DNA of 64,000 bases, taken from the NCBI RefSeq assembly GCF_038025025.1, contig NW_027117341.1, positions 930,001 through 994,000 on the forward strand, read 5' to 3'. Shown here one piece after another: positions 38,605-50,093 of the stretch. Every line of letters starts with the position of its first letter. Position 1 is the stretch's first letter. The position numbers and the translations under genes are program-made. The notes under the pieces were generated by a model. The model was not told the DNA's origin and made no database searches. It was given only the letters and a program-made list of their open reading frames with translations. Source of the DNA: Phyllosticta citribraziliensis. Lineage: Eukaryota.

Positions 38605-41148
38605 TCAGTCCGTTCCATGTTTTCGCTTTTCAATCGCTCCTTCTTTGTGCACAGATAGGTCTTTCGGGCCTCTCGGTTCAGCCACACTCAATGGTATAGT
38701 CCGCCCTCTTCCCCATCCACCGTCCGAATGCTTCACTGGCTTTGCGGGTTTTTTCTCTGCGTTGGCGACTTTAGGTACGGGCGCTTGAGGCGCTCTGGCA
38801 TTGTTCTGCGCCGGACGAGGCTGCTGGCCGATCTTCTTTGGCGACTGCAATGATTGACTAGGGGATTGTGCAGGTGTGACCGCACTTGATGTTGTGCGAG
38901 TTGGTCCAGTCCCCAGAGACGGAGTGGCCGTCGAGGGCGGGGCTTTATTTGCGGCTGGAAGAACCGTGGAGGGCATTGGTTTTACCTGCGGCTTCACAGG
39001 TTGTGTGACTGGCGTTGAATTCCTCAAGGGACGAAGCTTCGGAGGTCCCGCGGTGGACTTCTTCAACGGAGGCTTCCCTGGAGTTGCTGCCTTGCCCTTA
39101 GATGGCTCGGAAGTTGCACGTCCTTTGGGCAGGACCGTCTGCCCGTTTGCTAACTTCACTGGACCTGGGCGGGGAGAAGCTGGAGCTGGCCTGGAAACCG
39201 CAAGACCATTGGCTAATTTTACAGGTTGTGATCTTTCTCGATTTTGCACTGCAGTAGTTTCTGGTGCATTCGCTTTGATGACTTGTCCATTGGCCAGGCG
39301 GATTGTTTGCTGTGCAAGTTGTTTGCTGTCCTTGGCTTTGCCGAGGTGCTTTTCCAATAGCTTTCGCAGTGCATCGTCGGACATGTTCAGCTTGAGCGGT
39401 TGTCTTGCTTTCGCCGCCGTCGCCGTAGAGTCACTGGATGCATTTGGCTTGCGCGTGCCTGGCTGCGAGAAAGATCGATGTCCCTCCACAGGATCGGCTG
39501 TGCTCGGGGCCTTTGGCGCAAAGGACCCAACTCCTTTGCCTTCCAGCCCCCTCTCTGCGAGAGTCTGCCTGATTGCGTCCCATTCACCATACTGAGGTTT
39601 CCCAACGCTTGTTCCCGATGCTACAGAAGCCGCGGGATCAGCAGCTCTGGCATTTTTCAACGCTTTTTTCGCCAGACTCTGCGGAAGAGCGCCGTCCTTA
39701 AGCTGGCCCGACTCTTGCGCCTGTTTTAATTTCGGAGGGTTGTTAACCTTGGGCATTCCTTCAAACAGCGCTCCGACGGAGGCACCATAGAAGAGGAACA
39801 ATACCGTCAAAAATGCCGTGATCGGCGCAAAGATGGCTAAAAATTCGCCCCAGCTGCCACTTTTGACTTCGGCTTCGATAGCTCGCGCGGGCTTGATTTC
39901 TCGAATCTCTTTGGATGACTTTGCCTTCCAAGGGTCCTGTGAGGGGAAGTGTCCTGTCCGAGAGAAATAGTCGAGATAGTGATCCTTTTCCTTCCAGCGG
40001 TTTCGCAGCCACACTTCAAAGGCTTCCGGGTCATCGATGGGGATTTCACTGATCTTGAAGCGTCTCCAGTGCATGTTGACAGATTTTGGAGGCCGACCTT
40101 CCATGAACGAGGATTGGAGGGTAAAGATGTCTTGGCCGTACTTTCCAAGACTGTATGCATTGAATCAGCCTGTTTCGCGCGCAGTTTAGGGCCAGGATAT
40201 ACTCACGGGATTCCCTCATAGCCAATTGTGCAGTCATACAGCCATTCAGTGCTCTTACGTAGATTCTGCAGGCAGAATCTCAGACCGGTGCTCCGTGGAA
40301 GCAATTGGTGGCGCATGTCCTGAATCCCATTCTTTTCCGCCCACCTCTTGCTACTCTGTCTAGTCGTAGCACTCAAGTTGGTACCTTCTGGAAAAATGAT
40401 GAGCCACATGGGATCATTTGGATTACTGAGCTCGTCGAGATGCTGCTGAAATCGTGGTTTGTCGTGCTCCCAATTTCGGGCCAGGAAAATGAAGTTGTAG
40501 AACTGGCAGCCCCAGCCGATCAAGGGGATGTTTCGGAGCGATTCTTTGAGAATGATGTAGACATGACCAGCCATCTTGTTCGTGTACGCGATCCACCATA
40601 GATACAGCCAGTCGGTGTAGAGCTGCAAGGGGTGAGCACGTGAGGGGGAGGGTTTTCTGAGACTGGACATTGTTCCTCACCTGATGATTGGCCATTAAGA
40701 CGATTCGCCGCGGGAAATTGCATTCGAGGCTGCCATCCGGCCTCTGAACCAATTGACCTGGGAGACTTGCATCGCCGCTGACGTGGACTTTGGTGGGTGA
40801 CCACCACTGGGTCAGGGTGGTCACAAGCACCGCGAACGACTGCTTTGTGAAGGCGATGTAGTCATTGTAGAACTTGGGATCGATCATTTTAAACGGAAGT
40901 CCGATGAATTGGGCTGCGTTGATTCTGTATTCGCAGTCAGAAGGCTGGAGTCTTGAGCAAGCGGGTCACACTCACGCCAACACGCCGGACAAGAAAGTCG
41001 AGGCGACGGACACGCCGCGCTCGGCCTGACCAAACTGGCCATGCTTGGGAGGACCTGATGGATGAGGGTCGATGGAGGGACTTTTGAAGTTGAGACCAGC
41101 GCCCAGGTTGCGTTTGGCGGTCGACTGGGCTGGAGTTGATGGAGGCAT
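38605..41148 (-). CDS. Lysophospholipid acyltransferase (CST26/lysocardiolipin acyltransferase family) with long C-terminal extension; at least 3 introns
   Basis: The catalytic HX4D motif ANHQ|LYTDW is split by an intron. Also has IILKESL, IPLIGWG, FIFLARNW, IIFPEGTN, LLPRSTGL, YDCTIGY, VNMHWRRF and WL..RW.EKD. Start MPPSTP at 41148. Confidence 0.88.
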
Positions 41149-41634
41149 CGCTGTGTTGTGGGCGGGGATGACGTCTCTGTCTCTCGGTTAGCTCTCACAC
41201 TTTCTCTCGACTCTTCGGTGCTTCTCGACTTACAACTCACCACCAACATCAGCGACAGCGAAGACTTGGAGGCATGGTGACAACGATCGCGAAGGTAGGA
41301 GTTGTGCTTTAAACAGGCGTGTGCGCAGATGCAAGAGCTGGGATGCAGATGGATGGATGCACCGGTGGCTCCGAAGTGTGGCGCGAGCGCTTGCACGATG
41401 ACGACAGGCCGGCCAGGGTAAAACAGGCTTGCAACCAGATGGCGACTCTGCGCAACCTCCATTTCCTGTTCAAGCCACACACATGCATCCGCCATCGACT
41501 TCGACATCCTTCTTCCCCGCCTGTTCAAAGCCTCGACTCTTCCCGCCTTTAATCCTCTCACCCCCTTAGCGTCTTGGACCAGCATCTCGCATCTTTCGTC
41601 TCTACCATCGCCACGACTCTGCCTCTCGTCCAAA

Positions 41635-42269
41635 ATGGCTCCTGTTACCTCATCCTCCAGCAAGGCTCTTAGAAAGTCGACCGCAAGGTCGTCTGCTCCT
41701 TTGAAGGCGGCCCACACCCCCTCGCCTTACGAAATCATGGCGGCACGCATTTCCAACCGTATTGCAGAGCTTGCCGAGAACTACACGTTCATTGAGAGAC
41801 CAAGAGAGTATGTGACATCCGAAGCGTCCCGTAGTACTTGTGGCAAATAGCAGTGGCATCTTCAGTCTCCTTGCCACACGCCCAGTATCACGAGTAGGAG
41901 ACTCCTGGGCTCTATGCCTTCTAATCAGGTACTCTCCCTTGTTCAACATATGCTAACATTACTCTCCACAGACTCCCGCAGCCAGTACACGAGCCAGCCA
42001 CCGGATCCAGCGGCCGCAAGCAACCGCGCAAACTCGAGATTCGTCTGCCAAGCACTTCGCCTGACGGTGTCTCATTCAGTGCTCCGTTCCTCGACAACAC
42101 CCTTTCCAAGATGCTCGCCCTCCAAGAACGCATGCTCAAGATTGGCATCGACCTCGCCAAGAACGAAGACGTCAATGATGATGTCAAGAGGGAGCAGTTT
42201 GCCCAAAGTGCAGAGCTGAGCAAGATTATCGCCCTCATCTGCGCCGAGAAGGCCAGGCAGGGGGCGTAA
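41635..42269 (+). CDS. Small hypothetical protein (~156 aa); exons 41635-41807, 41972-42269
   Basis: AAAATGG start. The intron GTATGT..GCTAAC..CAG joins ..FIERPRE to LPQPVHE..LDNTLSKMLALQERMLKIGIDLAKNEDVNDDVKREQFAQSAELSKIIALICAEKARQGA* in frame. Helical C-terminus. Confidence 0.6.
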
Positions 42270-45200
42270 GGTTGATTGTATTCGAGGGACATCTTTGACG
42301 CATTTTACGACTTGGATTTTGAGGACGGGGATACACAGGTCATGATGGGAACGATCGCATTTTCTTTCCAGGATGGCGTTGGCATGTTTAGGTCGCAAAA
42401 GTGGAGACCATCTATGATCATTCTTTCTCAGACGTTCCCAAACATGGAACTCCGGTCGCTCTGGTTGATGTGCGGGGATACCTGCAAGCCATTTAGCCAA
42501 GTTGGACCTCACGATTTCTTCCCAGGGCGTTTTCCCCGGGTCTTGCGATCGTGAACCCCTTGCATTATCAAGACGACAGGACCAATTCACAACTTACGAC
42601 CATCTCTTACACCCACACACAATCCGGCAACCGCTAGTTTGCTGCTGTTATAGAGTGCGAATCCACGCAGAGGGTTGTCGTCGTCGTAAATGCATGCCTC
42701 GCATCCGCATAAAGCGCCCCTTGCATGGTCGTTCCTCTTGCCATATCAAGTAAGCAATCCCAACGCGAAGGGTCGCTGGTATCCTGTTTCATTGGCTAAT
42801 AGAGCTGCAGGTAAGTGTTTGTCGGTTTCGATACAGACAGAACGTGTTCTGAACATTCGAGGTAGCCCAAGTCTTTGCAACTTGTCAACGCTTTTCTAAT
42901 TGTGCATTGTCTCTGTCGTTCTTCTGTTTGAGTTGGCTCCACGTTGTATGCACGAGTGCAGTTTGGACCTCGATGATTCCAGAAGGGCACATCACCCCTT
43001 CTTCCGTCACCTCGAAAACCTTCTTTCAGCATCCAGCCCCTTGGTGCCCACCAGGACACAAAGAACGAGTATGATCCCGGGACAGTCTCGACTCAAGCCA
43101 TTCTGTGACCTCTTCACACGAAATGACAAAAGTGGGGATATTCCGGGGCAAATCAAACCACAAGGCAGTACCAAACCAACCCCTTCTGGTACATGCAAGA
43201 TTGCACGTCACTATGTCGCCAAGCAAGCCGCCAGCCAAACAATCCAGATACCTGCCCCTCGTAACCTCATCTCGGCAACTGTCACACAGCAGCGGCAGCG
43301 GGTATGTCGTGTCATAGATTGCATTCCCAATCGACGCGGGCGGGCGGACGCCACGTCGCAAGCCGTTGGCGAAACAACCTGGATTGCTTTGGCTGCTGCC
43401 GTGGACGCTGAGCAGCTCGCCCGGTCGATGGCCCGTTTGGGCCGCGCGGCTGGCCGCGCAGAGTGACGCAGGTACCGCCTCTGTCCGCCTCCGTCTCCGG
43501 AACGGTACAGAGAGGCTCTGGGGCTGCCGCGGCGTCACGGTCAAAGGAAGAAAGCCGAGTGGCTACCGGATTTCACTCTCTGGTGGGACACACTGCAGGC
43601 AGCCAGCGCGGGAAGCGTGGTTGAGGCAATCTTGGTGGTGGTGATGGTGGTGATGGTGGCTCACTGCGGCTGGGGGATTGGTCATGTCGGATTGCTTTTG
43701 CTCCCAGCGTCCCTGCCTTGGGAAGGTGCTTGCTTGGTGGTTCTGTGGCTGAGGCTTGCACTTGACACACAGGAGCCAGACCTGGATGCGGGTTGTGCGG
43801 AGAATATTTTTCCTGTGGCAAGTTGGCGCGGTCGTCTGATGCAGGTACCGTTCTGGGTCTTGGAAGATGGTTGGGTGACGCCCGTGGATGCTTCTTGTGC
43901 ACACCCGGATGATCTTGTGCCATGGGGAGTTGCCGTGTTATATTGACATGGTCTGGAGAGCTCTGGAATCACGCGGTGAACAGTCTTTCTTGGCCACCAC
44001 AATTGCACAATATCTTCTTCGGTTTGTGTCCATGCAGCGGACGATCTTATAATTGGTACTGGGGCTGCTTGTTTCCTGTGGCAGAAATATTGTCAATGCG
44101 CAGGAGAAAGCGGCTTTGACCAAGCATGACTGTGACTTGAAGAGTGGCAAGTTTTCGTGCAAAATTGATTGTTGTTCGCCCTTGTTTCTTCTCACCACTT
44201 GGACACCAGAACAAACGTTGAGGATCTGGTGACATCAAACGCAGAGAACTTCAAAGATACAACGCCTCAACTATGCAGTAGACTGCTACCAAAAAGGCTA
44301 GAGTCCTTGCTTCGTCCCTTCTGGACACATGCCACAGCTCCCGCAGCTTTCCAGGATACAAAGCGACCTTTCACAAAGTGCATCGTCAACTTTCCAGTCT
44401 TGTCCCTAGGTGACGTCAGGTGAGCAGTGTGGATTTGGAGCGGTGAGCGATTCGAGGCTTGAAAAAGCTTAAACGAGCGCCAGTGCTGTATGGAGCCGAG
44501 AAAAAATCGAGCTGTGCGACTCGGAATGCTGTGCCGTCGGCGCGCTGCACCAGGTGACAGACGGTCTGTCGACGGGCTTGGGAAAAGCACTTGAACTCTC
44601 AACCTTTTGCATCTAGCTGCTGGACCAATGCGCTTGGTGCTCGCTAGCGACGTTGGAGCGGTGAGGTCATGCATTAGCTGTGTCGTCTGTAAAGTCGGCT
44701 GATATTTCGTGGTCAAGTGGATGCGGCCAGCCGTGTGCGGAAATCCAAGCAGGCCCGCAATCTCGCCAGAGACGGGCTGCACTTTTGACGTGTTCCAGGC
44801 GAGGTCAGAGGTCACAAATCAGCTCAGAGGGTTAGGGAGGAGATACATTATCCATTACTAGCCAAAGATAAAAGCAAGTAATAGGTGGTGGGTGTGCGCG
44901 TGAGCTGCTGTGTAGTCTTTGGGCCGTGCGGCCAGGGCCGAACCGGGGCGAACCCAGCAGGCGGTCTAAAAGGGTAGTCCAAGGCCAAGTGCGAAGGAAA
45001 AGGCTGATCAGGAAGGAGAAAAAAGACTACATGAGTGGTACAAGGTTGAGGTGATACAGAGAGAAGAAGGACGTGAGAGCGGAAGAGGCGGCTAAGACAG
45101 ACCGTGATGTCGCGACTGAAAAGGGGGCTCGAATGGTGGTTGCGAGTCATGCTCGCCCAGTACGCCAGACAAAGAAAAAAGGATGAAAAAGAAAAAGATG

Positions 45201-45650
45201 CCCCAAGCCCATTCGCCAACCCCATGCCGGGTCCGTCTAGGATATCGAGCGCCGTTCCAAAATGTCAGGTACCGTTGCTTTTTTGTCGCAGAATATGGAA
45301 AAAGTAAAGAGACGCGGGCCGAAGTCCATGGACGAGAAGGGATGATGGTGACGTCGGATGCTGGTGGAGGAACGCCGATAAAGGGCCGCGTGCGAAGGAG
45401 ACAGAGAGATGCTGGGTATATGGGATGCAACGAAGTGATGAGGAAGAAGTCGAAGGTGATGAAGATCTCGGATCAGAGCCGTGGAGGGCGAGCGATCCCT
45501 GCATGCGGATGCGAGATCGTCAGCGCCCACATCCAGAGGGCTGGTTCCGCTGACGGACGGGGATTCTTGACAAAGTCTGGCTGTCGACGTCAATTCCAAG
45601 CCCCCTTTATGTATAATTTTTCCATTGGGTCCCAAACTCACGTCGTCGGT

Positions 45651-45815
45651 CTACGCCTTGGTGGAGCAAGGCCGGCAGCTCTTGAGCTTGCAGCGCTGGC
45701 ATTCGTAGATGAACCAGTGAGGCCCCGAGTGGCAGAGGTTGCATATCCAGTGGATGAGGGTGTTGTCCGACTTGATCATTTTGAACGAGTGGTCGCAGCT
45801 TCCGGAGACGGCCAT
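45651..45815 (-). CDS. 54-aa Cys/His-rich zinc-finger microprotein (MAVSGSCDHSFKMIKSDNTLIHWICNLCHSGPHWFIYECQRCKLKSCRPCSTKA)
   Basis: Hand-translated and below the ORF-track cutoff. ACAATGG start, strong C/G third-position bias, and a C-x-H..CxxC..CxxC-x4-CxxC pattern. Flanked by canonical introns 45916-45858 (5' UTR) and 45641-45499 (3' UTR), with TATAAG near 46085. Confidence 0.8.
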   Translation of the reverse strand: MAVSGSCDHSFKMIKSDNTLIHWICNLCHSGPHWFIYECQRCKLKSCRPCSTKA

Positions 45816-46540
45816 TGTAGCGGAGTGGAATTGAAATTGAAGGGGGGGGTTTATTTTCTGGCGATGGTGTGTCAGCGGGAGAAGGTTGATATGGTGCGGC
45901 GGGCGTCGAGACTGACCGTGGTAGAAGTAGTGTAGGAGGGTTTGAGAGGTGACCGGTGAGGCGATGGATGGATGGAAAGGGCAAAAAGCAAATTCGCCGA
46001 TTCGTCGTCTTCTGATGAGCTAGCGGATCTGATGGATCTCGGTTGGCGGATGATCTCCAGCGGGGCAGAAGGGCCGTCTTCTTATAGAGAATATGGTCCA
46101 GGGTTGCTTTGCGGGCCCACGGTTGCAGTGCAAGATTTCTGGTATCCAGGAATGCTTGTGCTGAGGACCGTTTGGGACAGTGGAGCGGCCCAAAGGAGCA
46201 GCGGATAGACGCCCGTCACACGATGGGGGAAGTATGCTACCCTATATCAATCGCGGCTTGACCAGAGCGGAAAGGCTGGCGGAGGCTTTGTCAGACCGGG
46301 GCGTGGGTGGCCCGCAGCCGCGGCCATGGGTTGCAGGGCGAGGTAGCTAATCCTTGTTGCAAAGGAATGCGGCTTCATTCTTTTTGGACCGTGGGTAAGG
46401 CGATATCAGGACGGCGGGGCGGCGTGTCACGGTGGAAGCAGGCGAGGGCGGAATGGGACAGGATGGGGACGGGGACCAGGACAAGGTCGCCAGCATTTCC
46501 TGGATCCTGGGCGTGTGTCTCCAAAAGCAACGCGAACCCG

Positions 46541-46594
46541 GGTACAGGTACAGGCCGTGTACAGGTACAGGTACAGGTACAGGCACAGGTACAG
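46541..46594. repeat. (GTACAG)n hexamer repeat
   Basis: Imperfect tandem array of ggtaca units. A shorter array of the same unit occurs at ~7301-7320. Confidence 0.8.
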
Positions 46595-49037
46595 TGTGCG
46601 ATTCAAGCCAGGCACAGGAACAGGAAGGGGAACAATTTGTAGACGACGAGGAGTCGGGTGTTGCTTGGTGCCCAATCAGGCGCCGTGCAGGTCGGGCGCC
46701 GCAGCTGGCCTGGCCGTTTGAGCGTCATCCTCTCTCCACCACCCATCAACCATCACCGACGACGACGACGACGACGACAACATCGACAACATCGCCAGTG
46801 CTGCTCGTCCACGGCACCTCATCTGCCGCCATGACCTCAGACCCTTCTCCTCGACGTCTCCCTCGGCTCGCTCCCTCCCGCGCCGTCGCACATGTCTTAT
46901 TGGTCTCAACCTCAAAGAAACGTGCCTAACCATGCATCTTCAACAACCTCACCAGCCACAAGATCCATCATCGCATCGCTGCAAGATCTCGCGTCTGTAC
47001 CCGGTAGCGGCCCGTCCAATCAGCAAGCCGTGGCGTGGCGTCGCGTCGCGTCTTGCCGCGCCGTCAGCAATCGAGAAGAAATAGACACCACTCCAGTCCA
47101 TCAGAAACGGGCACCTCGCCTCGCCTCGCCTCGCCGTCATTTCCCATTCGGACTGTTCGACTCTCCCTTTTTAATCCGCGAACCTGGATGAGACGCTCTC
47201 GTTGCACACATTCCAGAACCGACGGCGGGAGCCTCAAAGCCAGCCAGGTCGCTTTCGCGTCCGTGTCCCTCCCACACAGAGGCCCAGGAGCAAAAGCCTC
47301 TGAAACATGGTTGCACCCGTTCCTCCCACCAATCCAAACTCTGCCCGCTGCATCCACCGGCGGGCTGATGCGCCTTGAGCGGTGACCGATTCGGCTGTGC
47401 GTCGCCCGCTCCCCGATACGAGAAGAAACACCAGAGCCTTGCCATTGGGAAACGCTCTGTATGCGATTGACAACCCCCCGACTCTTTTCTGGTTGGGCTT
47501 GCATCAAGGCCGCACTCGCCCCTCCCCGTCGCCAGGCCAAAGCAAACCAAAGCTCAGGTCCCAACGTTTCCAATCAAGCCGGAATCTCACCATTTGTCTT
47601 GATCCTCGAAGCGATCCGGCCATCTCCCGCTTCCGCCCTCCCGCCCGTCCGCCCGCCCCGCTTACCCGTCTGCTGTGAAGCTCCACCGTCCTGCCACATC
47701 CCTTTCCCGAACCGTCAGATGCTCTCGCCATCGCCCAGGTCTGAGCTCTCCGTGGCTCCAATGCCGTGACACGACCTTCTCATCTGCTGTTCGGAGAATA
47801 AATAGTCGCCCAGCCACCGACCACTTTGCGGTGTGCGTCAGTCGCACAAACCAGAGATTCGACTATCAAACGCGTCACCGCCGCCTTTGCAAGGCGTCCT
47901 GACCAGGCACTTGGGCTTTCCAGAAACCTTTCAGAACCAGGTTCACGGTGCTCATAACTGCCAAGAGTATATCCCACCTGTATGGTTTGACGTCTGCCGT
48001 GCACCACCACTGGCGTGTTTGAGGCAGCTTAGCGACGAGAGCTTACCTATTTTTACCAGGAAGTCTTATGACTCTGCCGGTCATCATAATCAGTGTGAGC
48101 TATCCAACTCACGGGGAGTTTTCCGCGCAGGGCCATGTCCTCATTTGCTCCATCAAACCTTCGACGACGGTTTCTGCATCTTGTTTGCCATTTGTGGTGT
48201 TGAGGCGTTGGAGGCTGAGTCGATCCTGCCAGACCCTTGCCGTGCACTTTGGCTTGATGGCTTCATCTGCGAAATTACGCATCTAGCTGCTGTGCAACAC
48301 CTGCAAGCCCATCTGCTACGGTCGGCGCATCAGGTGGCTAGACCGGTCCAAGTTGGTTTCCTCTAACACCAATACTTTTTCTGGCGTGTGCCAAGTTTTG
48401 GACTGTCAATACCATCGCCTGTCGTTAATCAAGTCGACTATGCTGCGATTGACCAGGAGATTCCAGCGTCTTTGTCTTGAGGCGACACTGTTGAGTCTTC
48501 CGGGGATTTTCCCGCTGACCTTCTTTTTCTATGGCTATAATCGCCGTCTCTGGCACTTCTCGCACATCTTTCGACAGCCACTCCTATCGCGCAAGGATCA
48601 GAGGAAGCTGGCGCTCAAACGGGGAAACTTTTGATTTTGAAAGAGGATCCAAAATTAGATGCCGCTTGGTGATGACGGACGAGGTGATCACAACGGCTGA
48701 GATATGCGTGACAACCAGGCACGAATATCTCACAGGTCTAACGTGCAGCCTGCAGCAGAAGCTCCTAATCAGCCTTGAGTTGGCAAATTCGAGCGTCGGC
48801 TAGATATGGCTCTGAAGCGACATCTCCTCTCCCAAAAGGATGGCCAAAGGTAGGAATGCCTTTGCTGTGACAAGGACCAATTCTTCGCCTGCGCATACTT
48901 TGATTGAAAAAATGACCGCGATGCATGACGCGGTGTCCTCGACTTTGGAATTTCCAAGGCGTTGGATGCGCTCGAGGACGAGTGCCGACCATCATCCTCG
49001 GTGCCAGTGCTGCGCTCAGCAATTTGCCCCCGCAATG

Positions 49038-49082
49038 TGGGCGAGTCCTTCTTGGGCGAGTCCTTCTTGGGCGAGTCCTTCT
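49038..49082. repeat. Perfect 15-bp tandem triplication (TGGGCGAGTCCTTCT)x3
   Basis: Three exact copies read directly from the sequence. Confidence 0.9.
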
Positions 49083-50001
49083 AGGGAATGAGGTGGAAAT
49101 GACCTCGGGCAGACCTCCGTCGCGGAAAAGTGCCGCGCATTGGATGAGTGCGAATGGCTCCAATGTGCACTGACAAATTGCCTAGTATGGTTAGCCGGAC
49201 GCCGCTATCGCAACGTGATATTCAGCCTCTCTGTTTTGTTCCTGCTGCCGGAAGCCGCATGGGACCCTGCTTCGACGATTGGCAGGGTGGGTTCGATGTT
49301 CTTCTCGGTTCATTCAGTGCCACGGCTGAAGCATGACGCTGAATAATCGCGGCCGTGGTCTTTGGTTCTCTCGCTGCTCCGAGTTCAAGAGTTGCTCCTG
49401 AAGCATGATTAGATGCGACAGGGATGGAAACATTCAGACAGGCCTGTAAACAAGGTTTCCATGACCGAGTGCAGCACCTCCGAAGAGTCAAATAAGGAGT
49501 CTTCCAAAATGGCGTTACGGGCAGTTCTTCGGCTCCAGGATCGGGTTGAAGAGCGAACGGCTGATGGGGTTCGGCTTTCGGCTCGGTCAAGAAAACCCTG
49601 GCATTGTGGCGATGAGTATTGGTCGAGGTGGATGTGTGGTGGACGAAAGGGCATGGCAGATATCAGCGAGGACACCGGGAGGCAAGTGACAGCGAGCTAC
49701 CCCAAACGGGCGACGTGGAAACAAGATTGTGGGGGGCCGCGGGCCTAGTCCCCTCTGGGTAGTTGCAGCCGGCCACGCTTGGACTACCCGTCGCCACCCG
49801 CTGCGGCTGTTGGCCTTCGACACCACAAGCTTCACGTAAACCTCGTCTCTAACCAGGAACACCCCCTATCAACCTGACCCTATCGCCTGCATGCCGACTC
49901 AGCACACACGATTACGATGCTCCGACGATATGCACTTGGGCATGACCTGACATCTGTATGGCCGATTGGCTGTACTTGCCTTTTTGGGCTCTTCTTCATA
50001 G

Positions 50002-50008
50002 TATAAAA
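50002..50008 (+). promoter_or_regulatory. TATA box of the amine oxidase gene
   Basis: TATAAAA ~90 nt upstream of the ATG, followed by a CT-rich leader. Confidence 0.55.
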
Positions 50009-50093
50009 TCTCACCTCTCCAGTCTTCTACTCAAGGCTTTTGCAACTCCAGACCCTCTCTCTTCCTGTCTTCCTTCTATCTGATACAGAAGAC

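Noticed and set aside
43563..43923. Cys-containing minus-strand ORF (..CTRSIH..CHRK..LCVKCK)
   Set aside because: GTG start, an upstream in-frame stop and no support for splicing. It could be a relic but I cannot support it.
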